Program-made: the position numbers and the translations under genes
Shown here: positions 62,509-64,000 of the stretch, piece after piece
Position numbering within the stretch: the first letter of the stretch is position 1
How the letters are laid out: every line of letters starts with the position of its first letter
Notes under the pieces: model-generated
Database searches by the model: none
Seen by the model: only the letters and a program-made list of their open reading frames with translations
What the model was told of the DNA's origin: nothing
Origin: Lama glama
Taxonomy: Eukaryota
NCBI GenBank assembly: GCA_028534125.1
Contig: CM052816.1
Coordinates: 4,838,001 to 4,902,000, forward strand
Direction: 5' to 3'
Length of the DNA: 64,000 nt

Positions 62509-63129
62509 CAAGGGACCTGACCCCACAATAGTTTCAGAGGCACCCAAAAGCCCCAACAAGGAGACTGCCCCTACCAAATCTAATGTACAGAGGCTCAGTA
62601 GGAAAGAAAGTTGGCATTCAACCACCACAAAAGACAGCTTACAGAACACAGCTTCAGAGTCTACTTAATTCTTATCAATTTGCTTTGAAAAGCCTGACAC
62701 AGGCATTTTTGAGCCCTTAACAGGGGTGACTGCAGCTCTCCTCGGAAAATTTGATCAGCAAGCTAGTTGCTGCATTCAATGTCCAAATCCCTTAATCATG
62801 GGTAACATGGTTTCAAATAATGATACCACCTGGAAATTGTATAGCATATGATATTCCCACTGGGCCTTCACCCACGTGGTCTCAGGGTGCTGGCAGCCAG
62901 ACAGGGCAGGCAGGAGGAGAAGGCCACTAGAGGCAGTGTGGTGCCTAAGGTCATACACGTGGGAGGTGATGTCCCAACTGCACGTGTGGTTAAGTCAGGG
63001 ACAAAATCCCGATTGCAGGGATCTTTCTGATGCCCAGGAAACCTTGCACAGTGACTGAGCCTCACATGTTAAATGTCACTACTCTGCTGGCTCATGGGGG
63101 CAACAACACTCACTACCTTCCCTGGCAAG

Positions 63130-63460
63130 GCCCCTGCTCCTCCCTTAGCCTGCAACGCTCTCCCCCTGGGAACAGCCACTCATTATTCACATCTTGGCTC
63201 AATGTCACCTCCCCAGAGAGGTCTTTGCTAGCTATGCTTTCTAGAAGGTAAGCTTTCACTATGACACTTCTTGCTTTATTGCCTACATAGAACTTAGCAA
63301 TTTCTGAAATTATTTTCTGCACTAGTGATCTTGTTCATCACCTGTTCCCCTACCAGAACCATGAGGACAGGAACCCTGCCTAGCTGTGCACCACTGCATC
63401 CTCTGTGCCTAGAACAGTATCTGGTATACAGTAGGCACCCCAGAATATTTTCTGAATGAC
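63130..63460 (+). mobile_element. L2 3' end
   Basis: ctcaatgtcacctccccagagaggtct...ccatgaggacaggaaccctg...gtgcctagaacagtatctggtatacagtaggcaccc...tgaatga. Confidence 0.85.
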
Positions 63461-63884
63461 CACTCTATTTCATTAATATAGTCAACCTTGTAAAACAAAC
63501 AGGAAAGCATTATTATTCCCATTTTACAGATGAAGAAACTGAGGCCCAGAAAGATTGACATGTTCAAGATCTCAGCTAGAAAGTGACAGAGTTGGGAAAA
63601 GAGCCTGAGTCTTTGACATCAAGTCCTCTGCTACCTGCACTATATAGATTTTATACCAAAAGTTTGGGAAAAGAGAAATTCTTACTAATCAAGAATTATT
63701 TTACATACCATTCATTCATTCAACAAAAAAATCCCGAGCATTTACTAAATCCAAGAAGTATATTAAAAACTATAGGAGATAAAAGGATATAGACAAGATA
63801 TACTTCCTGCCTTCAAGGAACTTAACATCTTTTAGGTGGATTAAAATAAGCACACAAGTATCAATAAAATAGAAAGTTTTAAGT

Positions 63885-64000
63885 GCTCTTATGGACTGAA
63901 CTGTGTCCACCTCAAAATTCAAATATTGGCGCCTGAACCCCCAGCCCCTCAGAATGTAACTGTATTTGGAGATAAGGCCTTTTTAAAAAGTAAAGTTTCA
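63885..64000 (+). mobile_element. Start of an MLT1A/B-type MaLR LTR (runs off the window)
   Basis: tatggactgaactgtgtccacctcaaaattcaaatattg...gaatgtaactgtatttggagataaggccttt. Confidence 0.85.

Noticed and set aside
1..64000. Prokaryotic-type systems (CRISPR arrays, operons, defence islands) and known miRNA hairpins
   Set aside because: The sequence is mammalian; I saw no regularly spaced repeat-spacer array and no miRNA I recognise, though an Rfam/miRBase search was not possible.

Overview
Mammalian genomic DNA, most likely a camelid (alpaca/llama/camel): it carries two tRNA-derived Vic-1-type SINEs and several artiodactyl/camelid-type L1 3' UTRs. It is repeat-rich, CpG-depleted intronic or intergenic sequence with one 500-N assembly gap (33327-33826). 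I found no intact protein-coding gene, rRNA, true tRNA or CRISPR array. The only ORF-track peptides I recognise are decayed LINE-1 ORF1/ORF2 fragments. Much of the window is L1, L2, L3/CR1, MIR, ERVL-MaLR (MLT1), ERVL, ERV1 LTR and hAT transposon relics; family names are from recalled consensus sequences, not a RepeatMasker run. A + strand bias of L1s beyond 12 kb and several minus-strand exon-like segments suggest the window lies inside a long minus-strand transcription unit, which I cannot name. The best leads are: an ERV1 solo LTR with a clustered TEAD/SOX-OCT/CTCF-like/KLF motif set; a CpG-enriched promoter/exon-like region at 61.1-62.3 kb; a triple CACGTG E-box cluster; and several unusual retrotransposon junction architectures. 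I see no convincing evidence of a new biological system.
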